Of a stretch of DNA of 64,000 bases, positions 12,801 through 24,822 are shown piece after piece. The translations under genes and the position numbers were made by a program. The notes under the pieces were generated by a model. That model saw only the letters and a program-made list of their open reading frames with translations. It had not been told where the DNA came from and made no database searches. Position 1 is the first letter of the stretch, and each line of letters opens with the position of its first letter. This stretch comes from Microthyrium microscopicum (taxonomy: Eukaryota), in the NCBI GenBank assembly GCA_010405405.1, contig MU004237.1, forward strand, positions 2,181,345 through 2,245,344, written 5' to 3'.

Positions 12801-13777
12801 ACTACACGCCTTCTGCTCGACCTACCCAATCTGGAGTGTCGTATAGTGCTACTATATAGTATATTAAAGCGCATCATTTGGGTCGTTGGTGGACGATCGC
12901 GTCATGGTGATTCTCCTAACGTGGCCTGGCATTGGACTGTTAAGATGTGGTTTGGTCTGATATACCTGCTAGTCGTCTATGGCTTCAAGGGAGGTGAGGT
13001 TATGCAGGTATGGTAGGCTCACTAAGTTCTTGGGTACCAGTCATTCTGTATTAGTTGGATGGGACCGATGGTATGAGGCTGAAGAGGCTTAAAGGAGAGA
13101 GCCTCAGCTCTTTCCTGGGACGATCGCAGGCTAGAACTTAGAAGGGGGAAAAGGCGTTCTAGCTTGTTATTTGGATGGGACTGGGTTATGTTGTGTACCA
13201 GTGTTGTGTAATGGGGTAATTGGAGCATAAATTGTGCTTGGGGAGTAGATATGCAGCGTGGCATGGTCAAGATATACATTATTTTTATGTTTTGAAAGGT
13301 TATGTTCAAAATTGTGAGCTCAACTTTGATAGTTTTACGTTTTGGTGCTTGTAAAACAGAACAAAATGGAAGTTTATATTGAATACGAAGCTGGAAAGTT
13401 ATGGGAAAGATCATCTTTTGGTATTAAGCTTGTGGTTTCTACTTGAGGCATTTGTTTCTTTCTTTTTTGTTTTGATATATGCTGCATATAACAAGTAGGT
13501 ACTTATACCAATATCTTGAAGTCTCCTACTTACATTTTGACATAAGCTCGATTAGCGAAGATAAGGAAGTGTCCGAAACTTATCTTCTTACTTCTAGCAG
13601 TACAAGACTTGATCTGTGTCCATGGAAATCGAATAAGAGTTGATGTGAAAAGATAGTCGTTAAGCTCCTCATAAAGGACATATGCGCTATCAGAAGCTTA
13701 CGACCTGCTGCGTAACATTCTCACATAGAGACTCATTCTCCACAGCGTCAAACATCCACTCTTGATTTGGTTGCTTG

Positions 13778-14878
13778 ATGGAAAAACTTGAAGGTGTGAT
13801 CATACAGGAAGGAGAATCAGTGGAGTATGAGAGGGGAAAGCACATGCTCTTCGAACCTTCTGCAACCGTCAAGATTGGTTTCGGGGGATACAGTACAGTT
13901 TACAAAGAAATCATCCCAGCTGGTCAATTCAGATATAAGGCAGTTTCTGAATCCGCAACTAGATTGAACGATGTCAGTTATGATCCTTCCTCCGTTCACG
14001 AAGATTTTACTGATAATTGTTCATATACAAAGGCCCCTTTACCTGTGGCACGTAAATACTTTCCATACAAGCCTGACTTTGACCGCGAGCTTGAGTTCCT
14101 GTCAACCATTACCTCAGCACCGAATCAAGGCCACGAACGTATCGTCCAGTATTTAGCGGTGGTGATATATACGCAAACGAGCCTTCCTCCTACTGTTGGC
14201 AAATACAACCTTCTCTTCCCACTGGCCAACTGTGATTTGGCTCAAAGTTTCAACACTGAAGATTTCTCACGATTCGAACTCAAGCATCTCATAAGAGAGC
14301 TATTCCATCTCGCTGATGCCCTCGTCTACCTCCACACCAGCATCAAGACATCTTTGGGCGCATCGTTGATCAGCAGCCACATGGATCTGAACCCAAGGAA
14401 CATTCTCATCTTTCGAAGCGATGCAGATAATTCACCAGCCGGAACTTGGAAGATTACAGATTTCTCAACATCGACTCTGATGGATGAGAACGGACACGAT
14501 ATCCTGTCACTTCCCAAGCTTGTGCCGGAAAGTTACATGGCTCCTGAGATACAAACCCCCATCGGTAAGAATAAAGCTGATCCAGCTTGTGATATTTGGT
14601 CGTTCGGATGTATCGTTTTTGAGGTTTTGTTGGCACATGTGGAGGGAGTAGAGTGTAGGTCTTGGAAAGACAAGTTTGGGAATCCGAGATGTTATTATGA
14701 GAGGAAAGGAAACGCACTTAGTGTCGAGAGTCGGGCTTGGGAGTGGCTCAACTCGGATGTTGGAGATGAGTTTATGAGAATGGGCAAACGGGTAGTTATG
14801 GATATGCTGACGATTGAGCCTCGAGGTAGACCTACGGCTGAGCAGGTAAGAGATAGACTAGAGATGCTGTTAGAATAA
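13778..14878 (+). CDS. Fungal Ser/Thr protein kinase-like protein with degenerate catalytic motifs, possibly N-terminally truncated
   Basis: ORF of about 366 aa. Gly loop IGFGGYSTVY, VARK, HMDLNPRNIL, KITDFS, YMAPE, DIWSFGC, RPTA. Confidence 0.8.
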   Translation: MEKLEGVIIQEGESVEYERGKHMLFEPSATVKIGFGGYSTVYKEIIPAGQFRYKAVSESATRLNDVSYDPSSVHEDFTDNCSYTKAPLPVARKYFPYKPDFDRELEFLSTITSAPNQGHERIVQYLAVVIYTQTSLPPTVGKYNLLFPLANCDLAQSFNTEDFSRFELKHLIRELFHLADALVYLHTSIKTSLGASLISSHMDLNPRNILIFRSDADNSPAGTWKITDFSTSTLMDENGHDILSLPKLVPESYMAPEIQTPIGKNKADPACDIWSFGCIVFEVLLAHVEGVECRSWKDKFGNPRCYYERKGNALSVESRAWEWLNSDVGDEFMRMGKRVVMDMLTIEPRGRPTAEQVRDRLEMLLE

Positions 14879-15596
14879 ATTGACGTTGTTCTTTCTCTGA
14901 GTTTTGATGCATGATAGAATGACCACTTTGGCTCTCTCTCATGTCTTCAACTGTTACTTTCCAGACGCAGGATATTCTCTGGAAACTATATTAGTCTACT
15001 AACTTCAACATACAATGTATTCAGCTTTCAAAATCCTGTTGACGGGTGTTGTCGAAGGCATTAGGGAGAGCGGGAGTGCCTGGCACGCCTGGGTATAAAA
15101 TTTATAGACGCCACATGCAGTTCGGAGCTAGCTAATTGAGCATGCAGATCTATCGAAATACCATGCAAAGACATGGGAAGGTTAACCTCGGAAACGTTTA
15201 AAGCATGACCCCATGAAATTGAAGTATAAGCTCTATTCTGGCAATAATCGCCAAAGACTTGCGGAAATGCCTCCGTAAAAGAAAGGCCCCTTGATCAAAT
15301 CATTGTTGACACCAGAAATGACATCATTGGTACTTTTCCTTTGTCGATGACAGCTATCAACCACCTCCATTGAAAAAGTCACCCCACCGACAACTAAAAC
15401 TTCTCAAGAACCCCTCAAACCTCAATCGACTTCAAGATTCCAGTTCAAACCTTGCTACACCTGTCAATTGACCGAATAACATCGCCGTTGTTCAACCACA
15501 GCTCAAACCCGAACGCATCGCTCTTCAGTCAAGCTTCCAGCTCTCAAACCTCTACCGCACCCCATTGGCCACTACCGAGCTCAAAGAAAAGCAAAT

Positions 15597-16056
15597 ATGC
15601 AGTCAGCTCGAGCAATTGTCAGACTCTCCTCGCGAGCAGCACCTCAACTATCACGACCCTTTGGAACGTCGACTGTACGGATGAGTGGAAAGGAAGATGC
15701 TTTACGTAAGTTCCATCTACCGAGGTTACCGCCCAAAGAGCCAGCAGCTATGTGAAGCTCAATGCGCCTGGAAACCTCCTCCATTTAATGGTGTATATAG
15801 CAGGCTCGCTAATCTTCTTATCAAGATGAAGACGCCGAAGATCGCGCTGCTGAGGTTGAGAAGCACAAGCATGAATCGATAAAAGACAAGGAGTGGAAAG
15901 ACGGGCTTGCTAGCAACTCGGAGAGCATTGTATGTCTGTCTCAATCGTATCTAGGTGCCTTACTAATTCTTGACTTAGATCAAGGCTGAGCGTGAGGAGA
16001 CCAAGTCGACCGACGAACATATCAAGAAGCTTCAACATGATTCCGTAAAAAAATGA
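15597..16056 (+). CDS. Small (about 96 aa) mitochondrial-presequence protein of unknown function; absent from the ORF track because it is spliced
   Basis: Exons 15597-15705, 15826-15929, 15979-16056. Translation MQSARAIVRLSSRAAPQLSRPFGTSTVRMSGKEDALHEDAEDRAAEVEKHKHESIKDKEWKDGLASNSESIIKAEREETKSTDEHIKKLQHDSVKK. The N-terminus is Arg/Ser/Ala-rich and acid-free; the donors are canonical and the frames are consistent. Confidence 0.8.
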
Positions 16057-16251
16057 GCATTTCTACTGTAAGCATGGAGGTAACAAGTTGTCATGCTATA
16101 GCTTATAGAAGCGGGTGGATATGTTTGCATCGTGTGTGGTTTGAGGACGCTGCAGCGCTCTAGCTCATTGCATCTGTAGAAGACTGAATTCAGTATATTA
16201 TCAAGTTTCACTCTATCTACGTCCAATGGTAATTGTGTGCAGAGGGAGCGA

Positions 16252-17310
16252 TCATGGAAGACCACGACCTTCATTGATAGCTTTTGACACTTCACTCGTA
16301 TTCGGTCGATTCTCTGTATACACATCAGCACAATTTCACACATCATGGGACGAACATACCTGCGTAGCGCTCATAACTGTCCAAATACAGCTGATCATCA
16401 CTAGTAGTCCTCTTCACATGCTCGTCATTCTCAACAGCATGCACCCATTTTCCCCATCGACCCTTTCCGTCATCCTCGGGCCAGCCACGGTACGGCACAA
16501 GCACCTTCTTCATCCTCACAATCCACGGCGCAAACTGCACATCCACAAAACCCAGCTTATTGCCTAAGAAGAACGGCCCCTCTGGATCAGCGGCGTCCAC
16601 CAACACGTCAATCTGCTTCTTGAATTCAGCCGCTTGTTCCCCCTGCTTGCTAATATCCTGTTCTTGCAGATAGCGATAGAACAGCGGGATGATTTTACGA
16701 TTGATGTGATCTGCCCAGAGCCGTGAATGAGCTCGTGCTTTTGGGTCTGATGGTAGCAATGGCTCGCCTTGATTCAGGTCCTCCAGCTAGATACTTCGTC
16801 AGAATACTAAAGGTTGGTACGATTGGGAAGCATACATATTCCATGAGTACGGTGCTCTCATAGCATCCCCAGTCACCATGGCGGAGTGCTGGAACTAGGC
16901 CGCGTGGATTCACGTCGAGGAGGGATTTGGGTTTGGCGTACGGGTCGACTTCAATGTATTGATAGTCGAGACCTTTGTGTTCTAGAGAAATCCATACGCG
17001 TTGGACGAAAGGACTGGGAATTTGTTAGTTGAGTGTTTGGGGGAGGCGTGTGGGTTGGAGACTACCAGAAGCAACTTCCATAGAGTTTTAGGTCGTGGTC
17101 GGTTGAGTGCTTCTCTACAGTTTGTAATGCTTGGCCGGTTGCTTTTGTGTGGTATGATTTCTGCTCTTTGGATGTCTGGTCCTTCGATGTTTCATTCTTC
17201 GCTAATTGGTTTAGCGATGTTTTCGCCTGGGTTGTCGATGTTGGGTCATTATCTAATGTTGACATTGCTTCCCTCGCTTTAGTATGTGCTTTGCTGAGAG
17301 CAGACTCCAT
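16252..17310 (-). CDS. Glutathione S-transferase (Cys-type, omega-like CPF motif)
   Basis: Exons 17310-17066, 17013-16836, 16786-16360, 16313-16252. Motifs GSCFCPFVQRVW, NPRGLVP, YESTVLMEY, GPFFLG; ends ENRPNTSEVSKAINEGRGLP. Confidence 0.92.
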
Positions 17311-17956
17311 TTTGTTATGGTAGATTTGTGATTTGAACGAAAACGATGAGCTGGTAATGTTCTGAAGTACAAGTTTGTAGTTTTGTGAGATGACGATGAA
17401 GACAGGTTACGTCAATAATGAGGCAATGATTTATGCAGCCAAGTCAAGACCCTGACGATCGTGCTACTGTGCTGTAATAGTTCTGTCATTGTGCCTAGTA
17501 CCTTAGGTACTTTTATTGTCCTTGAAAAGAAACGATACTGTATTTACGACATATGTTACGGGAAGAATATATTCTCCATGTCGACTGATGATCACTTACG
17601 ATACTCAGACCATTCACCATCTACATAGATTTGCTCTTCCAACTATTAAGTCAATGTGAAAGAGGTGGTTATTACCAAAGGCTCCAAGGCCTTTTAATTA
17701 CATTTGAAGAGGGAGTTTACCATGAGTTTCTGTTAGGAAGGTACGACATCGAGTCGGCTGAAGGAGTGAACATGGACTTGACCCCGCTGATCCTTCACAA
17801 ATTCCTGGACACCATGGACAGAATATGCGTGTACAAGTTCCAACTAATAGCAATCACACCATTTCGAAAAACAAAACCTGAGCCGACAACTATTTGACTT
17901 CATCGTGGGCCAGTGAGTGGATCAAAGGACTTTGAAGTCCACAGAGTCACAGAGCC

Positions 17957-18832
17957 ATGTCCTCAACCTTCAACCCTGAACTGGATGAATCATTTGAGTA
18001 TGGGACAGCTCATGATCTTCAAACCTTGACGGTGGATGTTCCAAATTCATTGTCTAAAACTCCCGACCCATCAAAATGCTTTCTCATCTATATCCATGGC
18101 GGAGCCTGGCGCAGTCCTGCACAATCCGCCGCTGACTTCGACCCAGCTCGGAACCTGATACTCAACACTGCAGCATACTCTGACATATTACCTCGAATAG
18201 CCGGGTTTGCTTCCATCAATTACGGTCTCTCGTCTCCATCTTCCAACCCATCGAGAATTCCAGGGCGGAACTACAAGTATCCACAGCACTTGCAAGATAT
18301 CCGCCTGGCGCTGGACTGGCTAAGAGAAAGATACAACATAGGAGCAACCGATGGGTGGAACTATATCCTCATTGGACATAGCTGTGGTGCTACTATGGCC
18401 TTTCAGATCACCTCGTCCCTGACCCCATCCGGCACAGGTTACAGATCACCATTGGCAGTGGTTGGGATCGAGGGATTGTACGATCTTCCTCTTCTTTTGA
18501 AGAATTTCCCTGATCCTTTCTATCGACAATTTGTCACCGATGCGTTTGGAGACAGTGAGCAAAATTGGGCAGATTGGAGCCCAGTGAATGATGCAAAGCT
18601 GGGGGATACTGTCACGAGCAGCACAGTATTGACGATAGCACACTCGGATGATGATGAGCTCGTAGATTGGGCACAAGCGGAGGCCATGAAGCTTGCAATT
18701 AGCAAGTGTAAAGGCAAAGAGAAGACACTAGTAGTATCATTAAAGGGCAGTCACGATGATGTATGGCAAAAAGGCGTCGGAGTAGCTGAAGCAATCCGCC
18801 AAACACTAAACAAGTGCTATGAAACAGAATGA
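17957..18832 (+). CDS. BNA7: Kynurenine formamidase-like alpha/beta hydrolase
   Basis: 291-aa intronless ORF with IHGGAW oxyanion motif, GHSCG nucleophile elbow, HSDDDELV and C-terminal GSHD. Confidence 0.8.
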   Translation: MSSTFNPELDESFEYGTAHDLQTLTVDVPNSLSKTPDPSKCFLIYIHGGAWRSPAQSAADFDPARNLILNTAAYSDILPRIAGFASINYGLSSPSSNPSRIPGRNYKYPQHLQDIRLALDWLRERYNIGATDGWNYILIGHSCGATMAFQITSSLTPSGTGYRSPLAVVGIEGLYDLPLLLKNFPDPFYRQFVTDAFGDSEQNWADWSPVNDAKLGDTVTSSTVLTIAHSDDDELVDWAQAEAMKLAISKCKGKEKTLVVSLKGSHDDVWQKGVGVAEAIRQTLNKCYETE

Positions 18833-18877
18833 TTTATTAGTCTAAAGTGGTTATCTATGGCTTATGCTCTATCAAAT

Positions 18878-20231
18878 TCAATGTGTCTTGGCCGCGAAGT
18901 TGACAAAAAAGACGCCCATACTCTCTGCGTCCCCATGTCCATGGGCAGCGTGTCTCCTATCATCAAGTTAGTTTCATGAAAACACTTTCATATTGCTGCA
19001 CTTTTACTCACAAAGGATGAAGATCGGTGTCATAAACGGCCACAGTCGTCACCTTGTCCCCTGCTTTGACTGGTACTGGGTCGTTGCATTCTGTCATGGA
19101 ACTGATCGTTGCCCATTTCTTGCCATCTGCACCGATTGTTTCACTTCCAGCTCCTCCATAAATTGCTTTCGAGTCGCAGATGAGGCGGCCATTGAGCTCT
19201 AGTTGTATGCCGACTCCTCCATCGTGGAGATGGCCGATGGACGATAGAATGTATCCGTCCATTGGAATTGTTGTAGGTGGGGACGTAAGATTATATCGTG
19301 CCTATGATGTGCAATCACGATTAGCCAATCCTTCATGTCATAAAGTGTGAGAGTTTCTTACGGCTCCCGTTGGCGGTATGAAGTTTGGTGTGGTACAGCT
19401 AATCAAAGAAGTCAGTATCAAGTCCAGCTCACAGACAGATTTATCAAAACTGACCCTGTAACACTCAACAAGCTCATACTAGCATCCATATCTCTGGTTT
19501 TATCTTCACCTGGAAGATATTCGATTTCCGTCGTGATGTAGGTCTGAATAGCATCGGAGTTGTAGTTCACCATCTCCGCATTGAGCGTAAATCGCGTTTG
19601 ATTGTCAATCCTATACCCACTTCCAAACTTTCCATCTGGCGAAGTATACCAGTTTGTAGCCTCCGCAACTCCGGTAATCATGAATCCAGCCGATCGTGAA
19701 AGCCCAAGATCAGTTTGTCCTGCACAGATATACCAAGGCAGCAGTGTCTTTTTCGCGTTATCCAGCACGAGAATGTGGTGGTTGTATAGGCCTGAAGAAA
19801 TTGTCTGTCGTTGAGTTAAATCTTTGGGGTTGTAGGTATCCGCTTTCGCGTACAGCACTGTACAGTTGGTACAGAGACCTGTTAGAATGCGGGAGAAGAC
19901 TGTGCTGTCGCTGTCTGTTCCTCCATGTCCGTGTGCTGGCGGTAGTTCAGTGCTGTTTTTCTGGCTGGGTATTGTGAAAGGTCCGAAGTAGAGTCGCTCG
20001 CGGATTGCATCTTGTCGTACTATTGGTTTTAGCCATACTGATTTCACTGGTTTGAGAGCGTCGGTTGGTCTTGTTTGTCTAGATTCTAGTCGCGGTCGTC
20101 CTTAAACTCTGTCAGCACTTTCAATGTTATCCTCAAGGTAGACCAATTATACCATTTTCATTCTGAAATCCTAGACTTGCAGCAGAAACCTCCAGTAACC
20201 CACACAACGCAAACAGTGCGATGCCAATCAT
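18878..20231 (-). CDS. Secreted protein with HH, HxH and Met motifs (copper type II monooxygenase/SURNod19-like pattern)
   Basis: Signal-peptide-like start MIGIALFALCGLLEVSA at 20231. Four short introns join ORFs 19418-20047 and 19008-19262 and a last exon RHAAHGHGDAESMGVFFVNFAAKTH*. Confidence 0.75.
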
Positions 20232-21751
20232 ATTTCCGGCGAGTTTCTTTTACTGTAACTTACAGATTAACGATAGTGAGAGATGCTTAGTGCGACAAGC
20301 AGCGTGATGAAATAGTTTTACCAGATTCCGGCCATTAATACCTGAGCTAAGCAAGCACATGAAATATTTGGCAGGGTTTGGAATAATTATAATTTGGCCA
20401 CACTGCTCATTAAAGGGCCGGGTCGGTAATATAACTTGAGTTATACATGAGCCTAGGTACCGATAGCATCTATATTTGGTACTACCGATATTAGAGGATC
20501 GCGAACTAGTCAGATAACTGATTGTGTTTTTATGATTGCCGGACTTGAATCAATGATGCGCATAATAATAATAGTCAAGAGTCTTGCAAGAAGCAGTTGT
20601 ACTGCAGCTGCTCAAAACGCTCAATATCGAGAATAAACTCGTCAAAAGGCATTGATGGCTGTACGATAGGAGACAGTGTGACAAGTTATTGAGCTATTGG
20701 AGTGAATGTAAGAAGGATTCGACACTGATAGATCAGCGGCTAGTCTGTGTATTGATATAATTCCAATCCTGCGAGATAGAAAGTCCACTTGCTCATGCTA
20801 ATAAGTAATGATCCTATTTCATTTGGCTATTTGGCACGTCTTCGAACAATTACCAGTTTAGGACCCCGATTGAACTTTGTCCTACCAATCGCAAAGATAT
20901 ACCCGCGGGTTGCAAGTAAGACTACAAAAGTATGGAAGCATCCAGAAAAGGTATCGACAACCTATGTTTGATATGTCATAGCAAGATTGTGTACTTGCCA
21001 CCTAGAGAGGAATGTCGAGATCTGTGAAGCCAAGTCAACGTTAAAAGCACGCATGGAGTAACGACCCTCGAGTTGCTCAGTGCCGCTGGAATGGGATTTA
21101 TCGGGACAGTTTGAAGCTTGGAAGATATGATTCGATAGAACTGATGCACGAGCATCTGCAAGGCGGATTGAAATATCTGCAGCCATTGGTTCAACTTGGT
21201 ATAAGGCAGTTTTGGCAAATGCGCTTCACTTCTTTCAGCCTCGCGATAGGTTAGACTTTGCACCGTCCTTGGTCTCGCCTATTTCTTTGAATGGCTTTTG
21301 AGTTCAGCCACCGCACATGGCAGAACTTTTTAGCAATATCGTCGTCCCCACAAGTTAAAGAAATGGTGAATTGCCTGATGTAGTGCAGTCATAGAGATGA
21401 GGAGTCAATAGCACCGGCCTGATTTTATGCTTGTTAAGACTCGTCACTGCATATGATTTGTATCAGGCTGAGGGCAAGCCGTAATATTTGACGGTATCTG
21501 AGCGTGAGGAATCCTAGTAGCCTCAACCAATGGGCGAGATCAAAGCTCTTTCTTTGCTGCAGACGGTTGCCTTTCAATAAAAAGGGAGAAGCGGGAAGGA
21601 CGGATACGAGCGATACCTAGTCGCATCTTCAGCCTGACCAAAAACATTCGAAAAGTCGAACGTTCGTAGTCCTCTTCAGAATGCTACACTAACTGGGATA
21701 CCGGGGCCCGTGAGTTCGAGAAACAGGCACACCCGAAATATCTTTGCTACC

Positions 21752-23424
21752 ATGGCAGCAAACCCGATTGATGTTGCTGGCAGAATTCTTGGTATCCTTG
21801 GAGAGTCTTTTCGAATTCGCGAGAACCGCCAGAGCGTGCAGAATGCTGCTACGGAAAGTCAAAAATCATTTCGTGCGGACGTTGAGGAATTCCAGATAGT
21901 ATGTGAGCTCATGGAGGCGGTCTGGGGTCGATGGGGGAGGCAACATTTCAATGAAGACTTGCGATGGCGTATTGTTGGTGTGCGTGGTGATAGTGCTCGG
22001 CAACTTGAGATCATCCAATTGCGTCTTCAAGACTTCGCAAGGACGGATAGTGAAGACTTCAACAGAGATCTAATAGCACAAAGACCTGTGCTCAGGAGAG
22101 ATCGCAGGAATTTCAGACCGTTAACCACACTGACACGTGAGGATGTTGCTATAAGAAATCAAGCAGCAAGGAGAGCCCAGTTCTTTGCAGGAGATGCAAT
22201 GACACGAAACTTACTACGCCTGAGGATATATAAGCAAACGCTGAAGCTCTGGTTGGCTATCACAAGGTTCGTAGTCAAGTCCAGATCGAGGATGTTGACT
22301 AACTCTTGGAACATAGAGCTTCATATGGAAACCTGCCTACAGAGCACCAGCAAAACGTACAAGCTGCAGCCGAAGGAGCGCTTGAGGAGCTACAAATCTT
22401 GATCGCCGCAGGCAATTCTATACCGCAGATTGGATTTCTTGATGAGCTACCTGATGTTGGGGACTTGATTACCCATTTACGACAACGTTGGATTGTGGGC
22501 TTGATAGGCCTCAGTCCTGCAGCTGGCTATCAGCGTGAAGAGGATAGTGAAACTCTACAGCGAGAAAGAGTCTTGATCGAGCAGATTGCAGGCCTTCAAA
22601 ACCAAGTCGCGGTTCTGGGGCAACAAGTAAGGCAGGAGCAAGCGGCAAGAGTTCGTCAATTTGATGAGACCCGCGATCTCTTAGTAGCTGCAGACCAAAA
22701 TATCGCCAATGTACGGGAAGCGCATGCGCGGACTAATCGGCACCATCGTGCAGAAAACCAGCTACTTCGAGAGCAAGGTCGGGATCTTGCTCAAGCCCGC
22801 GACTTGTTTTATCAACAGCGACAACAGCTAGCTAACAACAATCGTCAATTAGAGGAAGATTTACGCATTGCGCAGGCACAAGCCGAGCAAGATGCTGCCC
22901 GAATCGCTGAATTGGAACAGGAGAATCGCAATCTGACAGTAGAGAATGCAAGACTCACTCGGGAATACGCACAAGTGGCGGCAGAAAACGACAATCTTCA
23001 GGCGGATCGTGGTCGGCTAAGAGGACTTGCAGTCAATTATCGAGATAGAGCAAGAGCGGCTCTGAATGCTCAACAAATAGCTCAAGAGAATGAAGCAAAT
23101 GCTCGAGCAGCACAGCAAACGACAACTCAGCGATTTCAGGCTGAAGTGAACCGGCGCCGTGAGGTTCAAGCTGATAATGCACAAATTCAAAACAACGCCA
23201 ACAGGGTTGGCCATCAAAACAGGCGTCTCAGCGCTGACAACGAGCAACTCCAAAGGGATAATCGAGAACAGCGTCATTTGAAACATGAACATGAGCGAGC
23301 TGCGAGAGATTTTCAACGACACAACGCCCGGCTAAGAGCAGACAATCGCGTACTGGTAGATCAGTTGGCAGACGAACGACGACGTGTTCAGAGACGCGAT
23401 CGTGAGATTAGGCGTCGAAAATAA
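21752..23424 (+). CDS. Hypothetical protein: helical N-terminal domain (HeLo-like-N pattern) plus long Arg/Gln/Glu-rich coiled coil
   Basis: ATG 21752. Intron 22267-22316 (GTTCGT..ACTAAC..TAG) links ORFs 21710-22402 and 22306-23424 in frame. The C-terminal half is heptad-rich. Confidence 0.75.
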
Positions 23425-23504
23425 CAAAAGAGTGAATTCCAGGAGTAGAGATATGTTGGGCGAGAAAGCGCGCTAATGGCATGAGAACTTCTGACATACG
23501 CCGA

Positions 23505-24533
23505 TCAATGCACTGATCTCCTTGACTCCATTTCATTCGAGGCCCATTGGTAACTTCCGAGAAATATGGCACCTCCAATGGAAATCCACATGACTCTTGG
23601 TCCAATTCCGGCAAACAACGCTCTAGGTCCAGACTCCTTGAGTATGGTGCTAAACATATGGAGAGCTCCGACTCTTTCCTTTGACAGCATTAATCGTGTC
23701 TTCAATACGTCCAGCGGTGTTGTTAGACCTGCTGCCACCGCACCAGCTGCTGATCCATATAGAGCAGATGGAATGGCACCAATGGTGTCTGCTTTTCGCA
23801 AACTTTCCGAAACAGAACCATTCTTGTCCTCGATGGAGGAAACCGGAGTGCTCATACGAGTTACATGCCATGCTTTTAGTGCTTCCCAGAGAGGAAACTG
23901 TATCATTGTAAATGGTAGCTCGCGCAATAACGTGATGCCTCCACCACGATACATTTCCCGCACGAACGCCAGGCCATTATTCGACCGCACAATATGCATC
24001 AACGAAGAAAATGAGCTTGGGTGCTGATTGGCTTGAGCGCGTTGTTTGACAACTTCGACGGGTACACGAATGACGCAGCCAGCTATTTCGCCAAAGGAAC
24101 CGGCAACCATATGTATGGCAGCAGCAGTTTTGGGATCCACATTTCGAGGTGCTGTTATCAACTCTCCCGTGGCGGAACGCGTACTTGACGGGTCACTAGA
24201 TGTTGAAGCCGCGTAGTCGAGCAAGACGCGTTTTGTTGTGTCATAGGTGACAAAGAAGAGGGCGGCGGAGGGTGCGCTTCCAGCTACCACAGCGCCAATG
24301 CCTCGATATATATTGCGGAAGCCTCCAGAGCGGAAAAAGCCCTCTTTGGCTTGAAGGCGGGTTTTAAGTGTATCGAGAGGATAAAGGGAAATATCGGTGC
24401 ATGTACCAGCTACGGCACCGGCCTATCACGTACATGTTAGTGGCGAGTTCAATTGAGGACACAGGAGATATTATACCAACAGTGACCGCACCCATGGAGA
24501 CTCAACGCTCCATCTTGAGCCATCTTTGGACAT
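23505..24533 (-). CDS. PET8: Mitochondrial S-adenosylmethionine carrier
   Basis: ATG 24533, intron 24476-24423. Three carrier signatures (YPLDTLKTRLQ, VPVEVVKQRAQ, TPLDVLKTRLM), GSAPSAALFF, and PRVMWISIGGAIFLGSY. Confidence 0.92.
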
Positions 24534-24822
24534 TGGAGAGAAATATGTAAGGATTGACTGACCACTCGACTTTTTGAAAGATTAGGAGACGTGAATTCTA
24601 CTAGAAATTGATTGGCTGATAAACGCGAACCACCAGGATGTCGCGTCTATTTTTAAGCCTCATCTTCCTACAGCATCACATCAACAAATTCATACTTTCT
24701 ACAGCAAATTCAAAGACCCGGGAACCGAAACATTTGCGTAGTATCGCTATCATCTTGCATCAAATCATGAAAGTGGATGATAAAGAGCCACGGCCCACAA
24801 GCATCACAATCACCAATCCGCC
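24534..24822. promoter_or_regulatory. Short bidirectional promoter region between PET8 and the WD40 gene
   Basis: The two ATGs are divergent and 289 nt apart; ACGCGA/TCGCGT elements and a reverse CCAAT lie between them. Confidence 0.55.
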
